Assembly (NCBI GenBank): GCA_040403475.1
Contig: JBBAKO010000014.1
Location: 4,916 to 68,915 of the forward strand
Length of the DNA stretch: 64,000 nucleotides
Source: Algoriphagus sp.
Lineage (GTDB): Bacteria > Bacteroidota > Bacteroidia > Cytophagales > Cyclobacteriaceae
Direction of reading: 5' to 3'
Below, in pieces: positions 1-10,522 of the stretch. Within the stretch, counting starts at the first letter, position 1. Every line of letters begins with the position of its first letter. Position numbers and translations under genes: made by a program. Under the pieces are notes generated by a model, which saw only the letters and a list, made by a program, of their open reading frames with translations, ran no database searches and was not told where the DNA came from.

Positions 1-2299
1 TCCATCCATTTTGCTCTAAGGAATAGGTGATACTGACCTGACTAGGCCCACTACTTCCCCCTGGATCAAATACCAAAGGGTAAAGGGTAAACAGCTCAGG
101 CCCGAGCTCTAGAGACAGTGCTGTGGAATTTTTCCTTCCCGGTGTAGCATGGTCCTGGCTACTAGAGGCAGATTGCCAGGTAGAAGGGATATGGGCCGGG
201 AAAACGGGAGATACCCGCTCTAATGAAACTCCCTTGGTGGTGCGAAGCAAAGGGTGGTGCCATTCTCCCCGGTAAGGAAGGGAATCTACCACCTGCCGCT
301 CAGAAGAAAGAAGCAGCACAAGCCCAGCGCCAATCGGCATGCTAGGAAGGCTGGCCATTTTGAGGAAATTGCCAGCAGCAGACTGGGGATAGGACAGCCG
401 GAGTCGCTCTGGGTCGACAGTCAGGGATAAATAGGTCTGCGGAGCCAACTTATCTCCCTCCTTTCCAATAACTCGTAGCTGGTAGAGATCTCCAGCATCA
501 TTGCGGCTAGCCAAAGCCCAATTCTCTAGGCTTAGGTATTTCGAGCTGGTGTTGTGGATTTCTACAAATTTAGGGTCGCCTGACCTGGGATCCACCAGCA
601 GTTCATTCAGAATCAAATCCCCCTTCCCCGCAGGCTCAGGAAGCACCACCTCCACCTCAAATCCTGCCAGATCCCCCACACATCGATTCAGGGAAGTGGC
701 CCTCAAGGTATAGGGCATACTAGTCCTTGCTGGGCTAGACAAAGCAATTCCAATCCTTCGGCCTGAAGAAAAAACCCAAGCAGAATCAATCCTCAACGAA
801 GGAGTGATCGAGAAAGGAACTAGGCTAGCCAAGGGAAGAAGAGGTTGATTCACCACCAGCTCCAGCAGGGAAGCACTTCTAAAAAATGAGGAGGCCACCT
901 GTAAAGTTCCCAGATCCTGGATTGGGGAGAACTGCGAATTTTGCCTGCCTGGAGTTCCCCGTTTTAGGTCCTTGGAAGGAAGTAAGAATTCAGAAGCCTC
1001 GCAGCGAAAATAAGGATCAGGCAACTCAAGGCTATAGCCACCTTCTGCAAATTCACTCCCTCCCCAAGAGCTAGTTCGGTATTCTAGCCGATCTATTTCC
1101 AAACCTGCTGAAGTACCCAAACGAAGGACTGATCCAGAATTAGGCAGACTAGGAAAAGTAGGAAGCGGCAATACCGGACCAAATCCCGTGAGAAGTGGGG
1201 CTTGGCTAGCCGCACAAATAAGCACAAACTCCCCAGGAGAAATCCAATACTCGGGCAGCGGCGTGGCAGTGCCGCTTGATGAAAAAACTAGCCCCGACAA
1301 GCGCAACTCTTTGGTAGTCGTATTCATAAGCTCTACATATTCCACAAAGGGTAGGTCTTGATCTACTCGTGGAGCTGGCATCACTTCATTGATCACCACC
1401 GATTTTGACCGGAGCGCACTGGGGTCTGTATACCTAAACCTAACCAAGGTATCCTTCAGGAAATTGCCATTGGCATCGGGCAGCTGTTGCAGAAAAAGGG
1501 TATAGTCCTTGTCTTCTGCTAGGTCCTTGTCCGATCGAAGAATGACGACAGAATCTAGGAGCAACCGAGCCTCAACAGGATTGCTCCCATCGAGCTGATA
1601 GGCCAAGTTGAGTCCTGCAAAAATGGGATCCATCCGCTCTGAAAACGATACTAGCACCTCTCGCTTGCCATATCCTTTCACAACAGACACCTTGGGCACC
1701 TCCTCATCCACCACCAAGTCTTCCAAACTAAAGTCATCCAAGACCCAGCGTGCGGCACTGCCCGTCCCAGATCCAACTGCTATTTCTAGCTGTAAATAAA
1801 GCTCTTCCAACCCAGTAAATGCTCCTGGCAACTCAAGCTCGAACCTGCTAAAATTCAGGTTGGCATTGGGAAATTGGGCGGAGTGGCCCAGCAGCATCCT
1901 CTCCTGGTAATTCCCATCCAGACTCGTGGACCAAGAAATATGCACCAAAGCTGGGCGAGTCCCTGTGCCATTTTTAAGGGTTTTGGCCCAAAAAATAATC
2001 CGAGGATTACTCATTCCCTTGGGAGATAGCCGCACCCACACCTTTCCAGTGAAGGAGCTGATGGGCTGAACCGCCAAGGCAGCCGATCCATTGATTCCTC
2101 CCGTTGCCAAGCGAAAAACCCGAGAAGAGGTAGCTCTTAGGTCGTTGGCATACCAGCCAGGAAGAAAGGGCTGTGGGTAGGATTGAATCGTAAATGGGAA
2201 TTGAAATCCCTGCGTTTGAGGTTGAGAATAGGTCGGAAAACCAAAAGCAAACACACAAAATAGGAGCAAAAATGCTGCTCTACTAAAAAATAGAAACAT
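1..2299 (-). CDS. Secreted lamin-tail-domain (LTD) protein, partial (3' end runs off the window start)
   Basis: Absent from the ORF track, consistent with no stop codon inside the window. ATG at 2299 (minus) gives a signal-peptide-like N-terminus MFLFFSRAAFLLLFCVFAFG. Two LTD-type motifs are in the same frame: VVINEVMPAP..EYVELMN (~1400-1320) and LILNELLVDP..KFVEIHN (~620-550). Only these segments were frame-checked. Confidence 0.8.
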   Translation of the reverse strand, partial: MFLFFSRAAFLLLFCVFAFGFPTYSQPQTQGFQFPFTIQSYPQPFLPGWYANDLRATSSRVFRLATGGINGSAALAVQPISSFTGKVWVRLSPKGMSNPRIIFWAKTLKNGTGTRPALVHISWSTSLDGNYQERMLLGHSAQFPNANLNFSRFELELPGAFTGLEELYLQLEIAVGSGTGSAARWVLDDFSLEDLVVDEEVPKVSVVKGYGKREVLVSFSERMDPIFAGLNLAYQLDGSNPVEARLLLDSVVILRSDKDLAEDKDYTLFLQQLPDANGNFLKDTLVRFRYTDPSALRSKSVVINEVMPAPRVDQDLPFVEYVELMNTTTKELRLSGLVFSSSGTATPLPEYWISPGEFVLICAASQAPLLTGFGPVLPLPTFPSLPNSGSVLRLGTSAGLEIDRLEYRTSSWGGSEFAEGGYSLELPDPYFRCEASEFLLPSKDLKRGTPGRQNSQFSPIQDLGTLQVASSFFRSASLLELVVNQPLLPLASLVPFSITPSLRIDSAWVFSSGRRIGIALSSPARTSMPYTLRATSLNRCVGDLAGFEVEVVLPEPAGKGDLILNELLVDPRSGDPKFVEIHNTSSKYLSLENWALASRNDAGDLYQLRVIGKEGDKLAPQTYLSLTVDPERLRLSYPQSAAGNFLKMASLPSMPIGAGLVLLLSSERQVVDSLPYRGEWHHPLLRTTKGVSLERVSPVFPAHIPSTWQSASSSQDHATPGRKNSTALSLELGPELFTLYPLVFDPGGSSGPSQVSITYSLEQNGW

Positions 2300-2336
2300 G
2301 GTCGTATAGTTTAAAAAGTAGGTGAATATAAAATAG

Positions 2337-2422
2337 GATTATCCGCAATCCAATCAGTTATTCAAAATAACTAGTAAACACTGCGGATAATCGTCGACAG
2401 CTGACCGTCCACGGACTACAGC
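2337..2422. repeat. 86-bp dispersed palindromic element, copy 1
   Basis: GATTATCCGCA (2337) and TGCGGATAATC (2382-2392) form an inverted repeat, followed by four degenerate heptamers. The reverse complement matches 33597-33682 in length and layout. Confidence 0.75.
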
Positions 2423-2525
2423 AGGCTAAATTGAAACTAGGCCTTACAAATTAATTTTAAATGAACTGTATTATTGTTTTAAGCCTCCGTATTTTTGAGC
2501 ACTCAAAACGAATTCCCTCCAACCT

Positions 2526-3515
2526 ATGAAACTTGCTGTAGTGGGTGCTACTGGATTAGTAGGCACCGAAATCCTAGAAGTGCTTCAAGAGCACCAATTC
2601 CCCTACGATCAACTGCTCCTTGTAGCCTCCGAACGTTCCAAGGGAAAGGTCATCGAATACATGGGCAAATCACATGTCATCATCGGCCTAGAGGATGCAG
2701 TAGCCGCTCAACCTGAAATCGCAATTTTCTCTGCTGGTGGAAGTACTTCCTTGGAATGGGCTCCCAAATTCGCAGCAGTAGGCACCGTAGTCATTGACAA
2801 CTCCTCCGCCTGGAGAATGGACCCCAGCAAAAAATTGGTCGTCCCAGAAATCAATGCTAAAGAAATCAATGCTGCAGATAAAATCATCGCCAACCCCAAC
2901 TGCTCTACCATTCAAATGGTCTTGGCTTTGGAGCCCCTCCGTCAGCGCTATGGTATCAAACGCATTGTGGTCTCTACCTACCAGTCGGTAACGGGTACAG
3001 GTAAGGCTGCAGTAGATCAGATGATGGCAGAACGCCAAGGGAAAACGCCAGAGATGGTGTATCCACATAAAATTGACATGAATGTCCTCCCACACATCGA
3101 TGTATTCCAACCCAATGGCTACACCAAGGAAGAGATGAAGATGATCAAGGAAACCAAGAAAATCTTCAGCGACGAATCCATTCAGGTCACCTCCACTACG
3201 GTCCGCGTCCCTACGATGGGCGGGCACTCAGAGGCAGTGAATGTAGAGTTTAAACAAGATTTTGATCTTGCCGAGGTGCGTAGCCTGTTGGAAAATGCAC
3301 CTGGAATCATCGTTCAGGATGATCCGGCCAACTTTGTTTATCCTATGCCGATTCATGCACACAAAAAAGATGAGGTGTTTGTGGGAAGGCTTCGCAGGGA
3401 TGAGTCTCAACCCAACACGCTAAATATGTGGATCGTAGCGGACAACCTTCGAAAGGGCGCTGCTACGAATGCAGTGCAAATCGCAGAATACCTCCTAGAA
3501 AATAAACTAGTCTAA
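2526..3515 (+). CDS. asd: Aspartate-semialdehyde dehydrogenase
   Basis: VVGATGLVG Rossmann motif, NPNCST catalytic Cys, STYQSVTGTG, DNLRKGAATNAVQ. Confidence 0.97.
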   Translation: MKLAVVGATGLVGTEILEVLQEHQFPYDQLLLVASERSKGKVIEYMGKSHVIIGLEDAVAAQPEIAIFSAGGSTSLEWAPKFAAVGTVVIDNSSAWRMDPSKKLVVPEINAKEINAADKIIANPNCSTIQMVLALEPLRQRYGIKRIVVSTYQSVTGTGKAAVDQMMAERQGKTPEMVYPHKIDMNVLPHIDVFQPNGYTKEEMKMIKETKKIFSDESIQVTSTTVRVPTMGGHSEAVNVEFKQDFDLAEVRSLLENAPGIIVQDDPANFVYPMPIHAHKKDEVFVGRLRRDESQPNTLNMWIVADNLRKGAATNAVQIAEYLLENKLV

Positions 3516-4702
3516 TGCCCCTCAGTGAATTCAATACCGCTGAATTCCACCAATTTGTGCAGGATCACCTAGATGAAGATCCTGCAGGTTTACTTTTTAA
3601 GTACCAGGGGAAAGTGGCTTTTGACCTCAAAATGGCCGTGCAGCAAATCGCCGCTCGGCAGAAGGCTGCCAAGAAATTACCCACCTGGTCGAAAAACCTA
3701 AACCTGCTCTTTCCAGCCAGCATCTCGGTCGAACAAAGTTCGTCGGAGCAAACAGCCTCCTTCAAATCAAAAGGGCTCTCGGGAAATTACTTTATTGACC
3801 TTACTGGAGGCTTTGGAGTGGATTTTTTTCATCTAAGCCAAGGATTTGAAAAAGGGGTGTATTGTGAGCAACAAACCGAACTTTTTGAGATCGCAACACA
3901 CAACCTAGCAACACTTCATCCGGGCAAGTTTGAATTCATAAATGGGGATGGATTGGATTTCTTAAGAAAAACGGAAATCCAATTTGACCTGATTTATGCG
4001 GATCCCGCCCGACGGGGAAGCGGCAATCAAAAGCTGTACAAACTCCAAGATTGCGAACCGAATGTGGTTGAAGGCTGGGAGTTGATGCAAAGTAAGTCCG
4101 AGAATATTTTGATAAAAGTTTCCCCAATGCTAGACCTGACCCAGGCTTGGACGGAGCTGCCAGACATCCAAAAAATCACGGTAGTATCCGTTCGCAACGA
4201 AGTGAAGGAGCTACTCCTCCATTGGAAAAAAGCCAGGAAAGGAGCATCACGGATGATTTCAGTGGTTGATCTAGAGAGTGAAATGCCCTCTTTTGAGTTT
4301 GAACCTAGTGCCGAAGAACAAGCGTATTCCCAGTTTGCCGAAGCAGGCAACTACCTCGTTGAACCCCTAGCGGGAATTCTCAAAGCAGGAGCATTCAACC
4401 TCTTTGGAGAACGCAATAGTCTTAAAAAACTGGAAAGAAATAGCCACCTCTACACCAGCGAGACCTTTACGTCGGGCATCCCAGGCCGTGTCTTTGAGGT
4501 AATACAGGAAATCAGCCCAAAAAAGCAAGAGATAAAAACCGTCTTTCCCTCAGGGAAGGTCAATGTAATCTGTCGTAACTATAGCTCTGGAGCGGAAGAA
4601 CTCAAGAAAAAACTGGGACTGAAAGATGGCGGGGAGGATTTTTTAATTGGAACCAAAACTACATCTGGCTACAAGCTGTATTGGTGTACCCGGGTCCAAT
4701 AA
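3515..4702 (+). CDS. Class I SAM-dependent methyltransferase with C-terminal THUMP-like domain
   Basis: EQSSSE, DLTGGFGVD SAM-binding motif, YADPARR, KVSPMLD. Confidence 0.8.
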   Translation: MPLSEFNTAEFHQFVQDHLDEDPAGLLFKYQGKVAFDLKMAVQQIAARQKAAKKLPTWSKNLNLLFPASISVEQSSSEQTASFKSKGLSGNYFIDLTGGFGVDFFHLSQGFEKGVYCEQQTELFEIATHNLATLHPGKFEFINGDGLDFLRKTEIQFDLIYADPARRGSGNQKLYKLQDCEPNVVEGWELMQSKSENILIKVSPMLDLTQAWTELPDIQKITVVSVRNEVKELLLHWKKARKGASRMISVVDLESEMPSFEFEPSAEEQAYSQFAEAGNYLVEPLAGILKAGAFNLFGERNSLKKLERNSHLYTSETFTSGIPGRVFEVIQEISPKKQEIKTVFPSGKVNVICRNYSSGAEELKKKLGLKDGGEDFLIGTKTTSGYKLYWCTRVQ

Positions 4703-4714
4703 AAAAAGTGAAGG

Positions 4715-4972
4715 TTAATCCTTCACTTCTTCATAATCTACATATTCTCCGCCTTCGATGTCTTTCTTCATTTTTTGAGGAGATTTTTTCGGAATGAAGT
4801 CCACATGAACCCCCTCTTTGGGACGCTGCGCCTGTTGCTGGGCACGCTGCTGCTCCATGGCCGCCTCGTTGACCCTTCGGGCGAGCTGGGCAAGCTTGGA
4901 TCGAAGGAAATAGCGTATCAGTTGGCCCAAAAGCCAACCAACACCAAGAAATATGAGGAAAAACTTAATCAA
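4715..4972 (-). CDS. Small membrane protein (DUF4834-like)
   Basis: N-terminal transmembrane helix and C-terminal GGEYVDYEEVKD motif. Confidence 0.7.
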   Translation of the reverse strand: MIKFFLIFLGVGWLLGQLIRYFLRSKLAQLARRVNEAAMEQQRAQQQAQRPKEGVHVDFIPKKSPQKMKKDIEGGEYVDYEEVKD

Positions 4973-4994
4973 GAGGGTTCGATTTAATGCAACA

Positions 4995-7814
4995 CTACTT
5001 GCTCAAGTAAATGTTGCGTTCTGCATAAATTTTCAAGAAATAATCATCCATCAAATCGTCAATAAAGTAGATGGATTCACCTGTAGACTTCATTTCAGGC
5101 CCTAGTTCCTTGTTGACATTCGGGAATTTATGGAAAGAGAATACCGGCTCCTTGATGGCATAGCCTTTTTTTACAGGCTTGAAATTAAAGTCTGTCACCT
5201 TCTTCTCTCCTAGCATCACCTTAACGGCATAGTTGACGTAAGGTTCTTGGTAGGCTTTGCAAATGAAAGGTACCGTTCGCGAAGCACGTGGATTCGCCTC
5301 GATTACATACACTTTGTCGTTTTTGATGGCAAACTGCATGTTGATCAATCCCACCGTCTTCAATGCAAGCGCAATTTTTGTGGTGTAGGTTTCAATTTGT
5401 CGGATTACCAAATCCCCCAAGTTGTAGGGAGGAAGCACGGCATAAGAGTCTCCAGAGTGAATCCCTGCTGGCTCGATGTGCTGCATGATGCCGATGATGT
5501 AGACATTTTCCCCATCACAGATCGCATCAGCTTCCGCTTCAATGGCCCCTTCCAGGAAATGATCCAGGAGGATTTCGTTGTTTGGTATATCGCGAAGCAC
5601 GTCGACCACATGCTCTTCGAGTTCCTTCTCGTTGATCACGATTTTCATCCCTTGCCCACCCAAGACATAACTTGGACGAACCAATAGTGGGAAGCCAAGG
5701 ATCTTGCAAAGCTCTAGCGCCTCGTCGGTATTGTGAATGGTACCAAACTCAGGGTAAGGCACATTATTTTCTTTCAAAAGTGTGGAGAAAAGACCTCTAT
5801 CCTCAGCCAAGTCCAAGGCCTCGTAGCTAGTGCCAATAATTTTGATTCCGTACTTAGAGAGCTTTTCTGCCAATTTCAAGGCCGTCTGTCCTCCGAGCTG
5901 TACGATGACACCTACCGGATTTTCCTGCAAAATGATTTCGTAGATATGCTCCCAGAAGACCGGCTCGAAGTACAGCTTATCCGCTACATCGGGATCTGTA
6001 GACACCGTTTCTGGGTTGCAATTAATCATGATGGTTTCGTAGCCGCATTCTTTGGCAGCCAAGACCCCATGCACGCAGGAGTAGTCAAATTCGATGCCTT
6101 GACCTACCCGGTTGGGGCCCGAACCTAGCACCACTACTTTTTTCTTCTCACTGCGAACCGATTCATTCTCTTCCCCAAAAGTGGAGTAGTAATAAGGAGT
6201 CTTTGCGGCAAATTCCGCTGAGCAAGTATCTACCAGTTTGTATACACGCTTGATACCCATCTCCTCGTAGCGTTTGTGAAATACATCACTCTCAAGACAA
6301 TCAAGCAAATGGGCGATTTGACGATCCGCATAGCCTTTTTTCTTGGCTTCCTCCATCAATTCACGAGGAATAGTCTCCAGCTTGTACTTGCTAATTTCTG
6401 CTTCCAAGTGGATTAATTCTTCAATTTGCTTTAAAAACCACTTATCGATTTTCGTCAGGTCCTGGATCGTACGGAAAGAAATTCCGAGTTTGAAGGCGTC
6501 GTAGACGTGAAACAATCTATTCCAGCTTGGGTTGGCCAAGGAATACAAGATTTGTGCTTGGTCTTTGAGCTCTTTGCCATCCGCACCCAATCCATTTCGC
6601 TTGATTTCTAGAGATTGACAGGCTTTTTGAAGGGCTTCTTGGAAATTTCGCCCAATACCCATCACTTCACCTACCGCCTTCATGGAGAGGCCGAGTCTGC
6701 GGTCTGCACCCTTAAACTTGTCAAAGTTCCAACGGGGGATCTTCACGATCACATAATCGATGGATGGCTCAAAGTAGGCCGAGGTAGTTCCAGTGATGGA
6801 GTTGGACAGTTCGTCCAGGTTGTAGCCAATGGCAAGCTTGGCCGCCACCTTGGCAATGGGGTAACCAGTAGCTTTGGAGGCTAGGGCCGAGGAGCGAGAT
6901 ACCCGCGGGTTAATTTCAATTCCGATGATGGTTTGATTATCTGGACTCACGGCAAACTGCACGTTACATCCTCCAGCAAAATTACCTATGCTGTTCATCA
7001 TCGTGATGGCATAGTTGCGCATGCGCTGGTAAACCGTATCTGGAAGGGTCATGGCAGGAGCTACCGTGATGGAGTCTCCTGTATGCACGCCCATGGGATC
7101 AAAATTCTCGATGGAGCAGATGACAATCATGTTGCCAATATTGTCGCGCATTACCTCAAGCTCGTATTCCTTCCAGCCTGTGATGCTTTGCTCAATCAAT
7201 ACCTCATGGACAGGGGAGGCCTGAAGGCCTGCAGATAGGTAGTGCTCAAATTCCTCTGCCTTCTCTACAAAAGCACCACCTGCTCCACCTAAGGTATAGG
7301 AAGCGCGAATAATCAACGGGAAACCAATTTCTTGGGCAATTTCTTTACCCTGAAGCATGGAGGTCGCGGTAGCGCCTTTGCAGACCCCTACCCCAATTTT
7401 TTCCATCAAGGCCTTGAACTTCTCGCGGTTTTCTGCGGTATCAATTGCTTCGATATCTACGCCGATCATGCGTACACCGTTATTTTTCCAAATTCCTGCT
7501 TTGTCACATTCAATGGCCAAATTCAAAGCAGTTTGTCCTCCCATGGTAGGAAGTACCGCATCGATGTCGGGGTGATCGGTTAATATTTTACGGATAGATT
7601 TTTTTTCTAAAGGCAGCAAGTACACATGATCAGCTGTCACAGGATCCGTCATGATGGTAGCCGGATTGGAGTTGATCAGAGTAACTGTAATTCCCTCTTC
7701 CCGAAGGGATCTGGAGGCTTGAGAACCCGCATAATCGAACTCACAGGCCTGACCAATGACGATAGGACCTGAACCAATGATTAATACGTGCTTGATGCTA
7801 CTTTCTTTAGGCAT
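4995..7814 (-). CDS. carB: Carbamoyl-phosphate synthase large subunit
   Basis: IGSGPIVIGQACEFDYAG, two ATP-grasp halves, EINPRVSRSSALASKATG, LGPEMKSTGE. Confidence 0.98.
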   Translation of the reverse strand: MPKESSIKHVLIIGSGPIVIGQACEFDYAGSQASRSLREEGITVTLINSNPATIMTDPVTADHVYLLPLEKKSIRKILTDHPDIDAVLPTMGGQTALNLAIECDKAGIWKNNGVRMIGVDIEAIDTAENREKFKALMEKIGVGVCKGATATSMLQGKEIAQEIGFPLIIRASYTLGGAGGAFVEKAEEFEHYLSAGLQASPVHEVLIEQSITGWKEYELEVMRDNIGNMIVICSIENFDPMGVHTGDSITVAPAMTLPDTVYQRMRNYAITMMNSIGNFAGGCNVQFAVSPDNQTIIGIEINPRVSRSSALASKATGYPIAKVAAKLAIGYNLDELSNSITGTTSAYFEPSIDYVIVKIPRWNFDKFKGADRRLGLSMKAVGEVMGIGRNFQEALQKACQSLEIKRNGLGADGKELKDQAQILYSLANPSWNRLFHVYDAFKLGISFRTIQDLTKIDKWFLKQIEELIHLEAEISKYKLETIPRELMEEAKKKGYADRQIAHLLDCLESDVFHKRYEEMGIKRVYKLVDTCSAEFAAKTPYYYSTFGEENESVRSEKKKVVVLGSGPNRVGQGIEFDYSCVHGVLAAKECGYETIMINCNPETVSTDPDVADKLYFEPVFWEHIYEIILQENPVGVIVQLGGQTALKLAEKLSKYGIKIIGTSYEALDLAEDRGLFSTLLKENNVPYPEFGTIHNTDEALELCKILGFPLLVRPSYVLGGQGMKIVINEKELEEHVVDVLRDIPNNEILLDHFLEGAIEAEADAICDGENVYIIGIMQHIEPAGIHSGDSYAVLPPYNLGDLVIRQIETYTTKIALALKTVGLINMQFAIKNDKVYVIEANPRASRTVPFICKAYQEPYVNYAVKVMLGEKKVTDFNFKPVKKGYAIKEPVFSFHKFPNVNKELGPEMKSTGESIYFIDDLMDDYFLKIYAERNIYLSK

Positions 7815-7983
7815 GGGGAGAGAAGAAATTATTTTTTACTTAGGTCCAAATTAGCGTAAAATTATAAAAATTATCCGAAGGGGAAAGGAGAAATATCAAT
7901 TTCACAAACTTTCAAGAGCTCCTATTTTTTGTGGGAATAAAAAACCACTTTCCTAATTGGGTAGAACCCCTATTTTTACGGGT

Positions 7984-8646
7984 ATGAACTGGAAAAACCT
8001 GCCTATTTTTTACGTCATGGGAGAGCCATTGAACGCTGAAAATGCGTTATCCTTGGATTTTACGGAGGCCAATGGATCACTCTGTGAGGTGGACCTGTGT
8101 GACACAGCTGCATTCGATGGATTTGTATTTCAGCAGCTCCACCGTGCTGGCAAGACCTATGGCTATGGGGGATACCTCGAGAAGCGGGACATCTACCGAC
8201 GCAGCGAGGTCTTTGCCACTGCCCAGGAAGACTTTCGCAACATTCATCAGGGAATTGACATTTGGGTGACGGCAGGCAGTCCAATTTTCGCTCCTCTGGA
8301 AGGAAAGGTTCACAGCTTTCAGGATAATGTAGGCTTTGGCAACTATGGCCCTACGATTATTTTGGAGCATCAAGTTGAGGGAAAGATTTTCTATTCACTG
8401 TATGGCCACTTGCTCCAAGAAAATTTGCAAAGATTGGAACTAGGACAGGTTGTACGAGCTGGGGAAGAATTTTGTCAGGTAGGCCCTTATCCAGAAAACG
8501 GCAACTGGCCTCCACACCTGCACTTTCAGCTCATCTGGGATTTGGATGGAAATTGGGGCGACTATCCTGGTGTGGCAGCAGAAAAGGATATCGATTACTA
8601 CCGTCAAAACTGCCCGGATCCAGCGCCTTTGATCGGCTACTTTTGA
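7984..8646 (+). CDS. M23-family peptidoglycan DD-metalloendopeptidase-like protein
   Basis: HQGID, YGH and PHLHFQ zinc motifs. ATG at 7984 is preferred over TTG at 7957. Confidence 0.85.
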   Translation: MNWKNLPIFYVMGEPLNAENALSLDFTEANGSLCEVDLCDTAAFDGFVFQQLHRAGKTYGYGGYLEKRDIYRRSEVFATAQEDFRNIHQGIDIWVTAGSPIFAPLEGKVHSFQDNVGFGNYGPTIILEHQVEGKIFYSLYGHLLQENLQRLELGQVVRAGEEFCQVGPYPENGNWPPHLHFQLIWDLDGNWGDYPGVAAEKDIDYYRQNCPDPAPLIGYF

Positions 8647-8658
8647 AGGCAACAGCAA

Positions 8659-9432
8659 ATGAAAACACCCTTACACCTTCTAAATGGAGATCATTTGGCG
8701 CAGCAGCTCCAAAGCGCATCCTATTTTCAAACTCATTTGGTATTTCGAGAGGCCCTAATCGTAGGACCGGTAGCTGGTACTTCGCTGGATGAGTTTTGGA
8801 AGTTTCGGACAGAATTTATCACTACGAGTTATGGAGTTACAGCCGAAGAATACAGCCAGAAAACAATCTCAGAAATCGAGCGGCTGCATTCCATCCCTGA
8901 GGACACGGAGATTTGCCTCTGGTTTGAGGACGATTTATTTTGCCAGGTCAACCTTTGGTTTACACTAAACTTCCTTTCTGATTCACCAAAAATCAAGGTT
9001 TTTCGAGTTTTTCCGCCTGAAACCACCCCAGAAAACAGATGGAAGGGATTTGGAGGCGCATCTACTGCGGCTTTGGAACAGGCCTACGAGGCAAGGGTAC
9101 CGTTTACCTCTTCCGACTTGACGCTAGGCAAAAATCTTTGGGAAGCGTATCGCCTGGGCGATGGAGCGCAACTTGCGGAGCTTTCAAAAAGTGAATCCCC
9201 TTGTTTTAGGCATTTGGAGGAGGTTTGCCAAGCCCAGCTGGACCGTATTTCGGCAGACCCAAGCCAAAGAAGGCCAGAGAAACTAATTCTAGAGCTCCTT
9301 GCGAAGGGCATTACAGATTTTGATACCCTGTTTTCTCAGTTTTCTGAGCGAGAGGGAATCTATGGGTTTGGGGATTTGCAGGTAAGGGAACTTTTCGATT
9401 ATCTTGTTAGTACTAAGAAAACCCTAACCTAG
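8659..9432 (+). CDS. DUF1835-like protein
   Basis: LHLLNGD, REAL..GP, LWFEDDLFCQVN, YGFGDLQV. Confidence 0.75.
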   Translation: MKTPLHLLNGDHLAQQLQSASYFQTHLVFREALIVGPVAGTSLDEFWKFRTEFITTSYGVTAEEYSQKTISEIERLHSIPEDTEICLWFEDDLFCQVNLWFTLNFLSDSPKIKVFRVFPPETTPENRWKGFGGASTAALEQAYEARVPFTSSDLTLGKNLWEAYRLGDGAQLAELSKSESPCFRHLEEVCQAQLDRISADPSQRRPEKLILELLAKGITDFDTLFSQFSEREGIYGFGDLQVRELFDYLVSTKKTLT

Positions 9433-9535
9433 TTTGTGCTGAGGATTTCTTTGGAGAATCCGCAACATCACTTCAAAAATTCAAATCACTCGTTGCTGAT
9501 TTGTGAAAACTAAATCGCTCTAATCTTCTACCATC

Positions 9536-10390
9536 ATGAAACTACTAAATAGGTCACAAGGAATCATTCCTACACTAGGAAAAAAAGTAAACTGCCTGCG
9601 ACTAATCACACTTTCGTTAGCGCTAACAGCTATTTCTGTTTGTGCGGCTGGTCAAACAAACGATTTTCAACCCAACGGGGTGAGCATTTCCTATAGCAAT
9701 GTGATCAATGGATATTCAGTATATGTATTATGGAAACCCATGGTGGTAAGCAATAACAGGACAATTGGCCCTGCCATCATTGAATTCTATAAAGTAGACG
9801 AACCTTATTCCTTTTATTTAACCAACAATCACTTTGGAATAGAGAATAGTAAGCTACCATTCACCTATTCTGAAGACGGGCTTAGCATTGTGAGTATAAA
9901 TGAATATGAAATTTATCTAGGATACGATAAAGATGACTTACAGAGTGAATATAGTTTTGGAACTGCCAATCAACCTTTCTTTTTTCAGGACCTGGATTTT
10001 GATAAAATTGAAGAACTTGTATTGGTAGAAAGTGAAAATGGGCAACGGGGAGTCGCTTCATTTAAAGCATACAAATTTGACGGTTCTGAATTGCTACCTG
10101 ATCGTTCTGGAATTACTACCATCGAACCTTTCAGATCCTTGGATGAAATGTCCAAGGTAGATTATTTGACTAAGCGCATTACCATCTATAATTCAGGTGG
10201 TAACTGTGCCAATAGCTATGAAATTTATAAACTTCAGCCAGCGAAAAATGAATATGAGGGGAATTCGTTTACTTTGGAAACCATTATTGTAGAGCAAATA
10301 GATGAGAAGTTAAATAAGTGCTATGAATTGACTTACAGCGTTACCGGTCAATCCAAGAAATTGATCTTAAAGAAAGAAATCAACCAATAA
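9536..10390 (+). CDS. Secreted hypothetical protein (low GC)
   Basis: 284-aa ORF with a signal-like hydrophobic stretch and an FFFQDLDFDKIEEL Ca-loop-like motif; AT-richer than its neighbours. Confidence 0.65.
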   Translation: MKLLNRSQGIIPTLGKKVNCLRLITLSLALTAISVCAAGQTNDFQPNGVSISYSNVINGYSVYVLWKPMVVSNNRTIGPAIIEFYKVDEPYSFYLTNNHFGIENSKLPFTYSEDGLSIVSINEYEIYLGYDKDDLQSEYSFGTANQPFFFQDLDFDKIEELVLVESENGQRGVASFKAYKFDGSELLPDRSGITTIEPFRSLDEMSKVDYLTKRITIYNSGGNCANSYEIYKLQPAKNEYEGNSFTLETIIVEQIDEKLNKCYELTYSVTGQSKKLILKKEINQ

Positions 10391-10522
10391 CTACAGCGTG
10401 TCCGTCTTTGATTTGCTAATTCTACAAAATACAGTAAAAAACTAGCGCATACATTTTCGATTTTCATCTCCACCCACAAGGTTTAACAGATTTTGACGAC
10501 GTCCATCTGGTACTAATAGTCC

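Noticed and set aside
501-2258. Short ORFs listed in the first 2.3 kb
   Set aside because: They are shadows of the long minus-strand lamin-tail gene, which runs off the window.
4995-7814. CarB is short (939 aa) and carA is not adjacent
   Set aside because: Loss of the C-terminal MGS-like domain and separation from carA are common in Bacteroidota, and the ORF ends cleanly.
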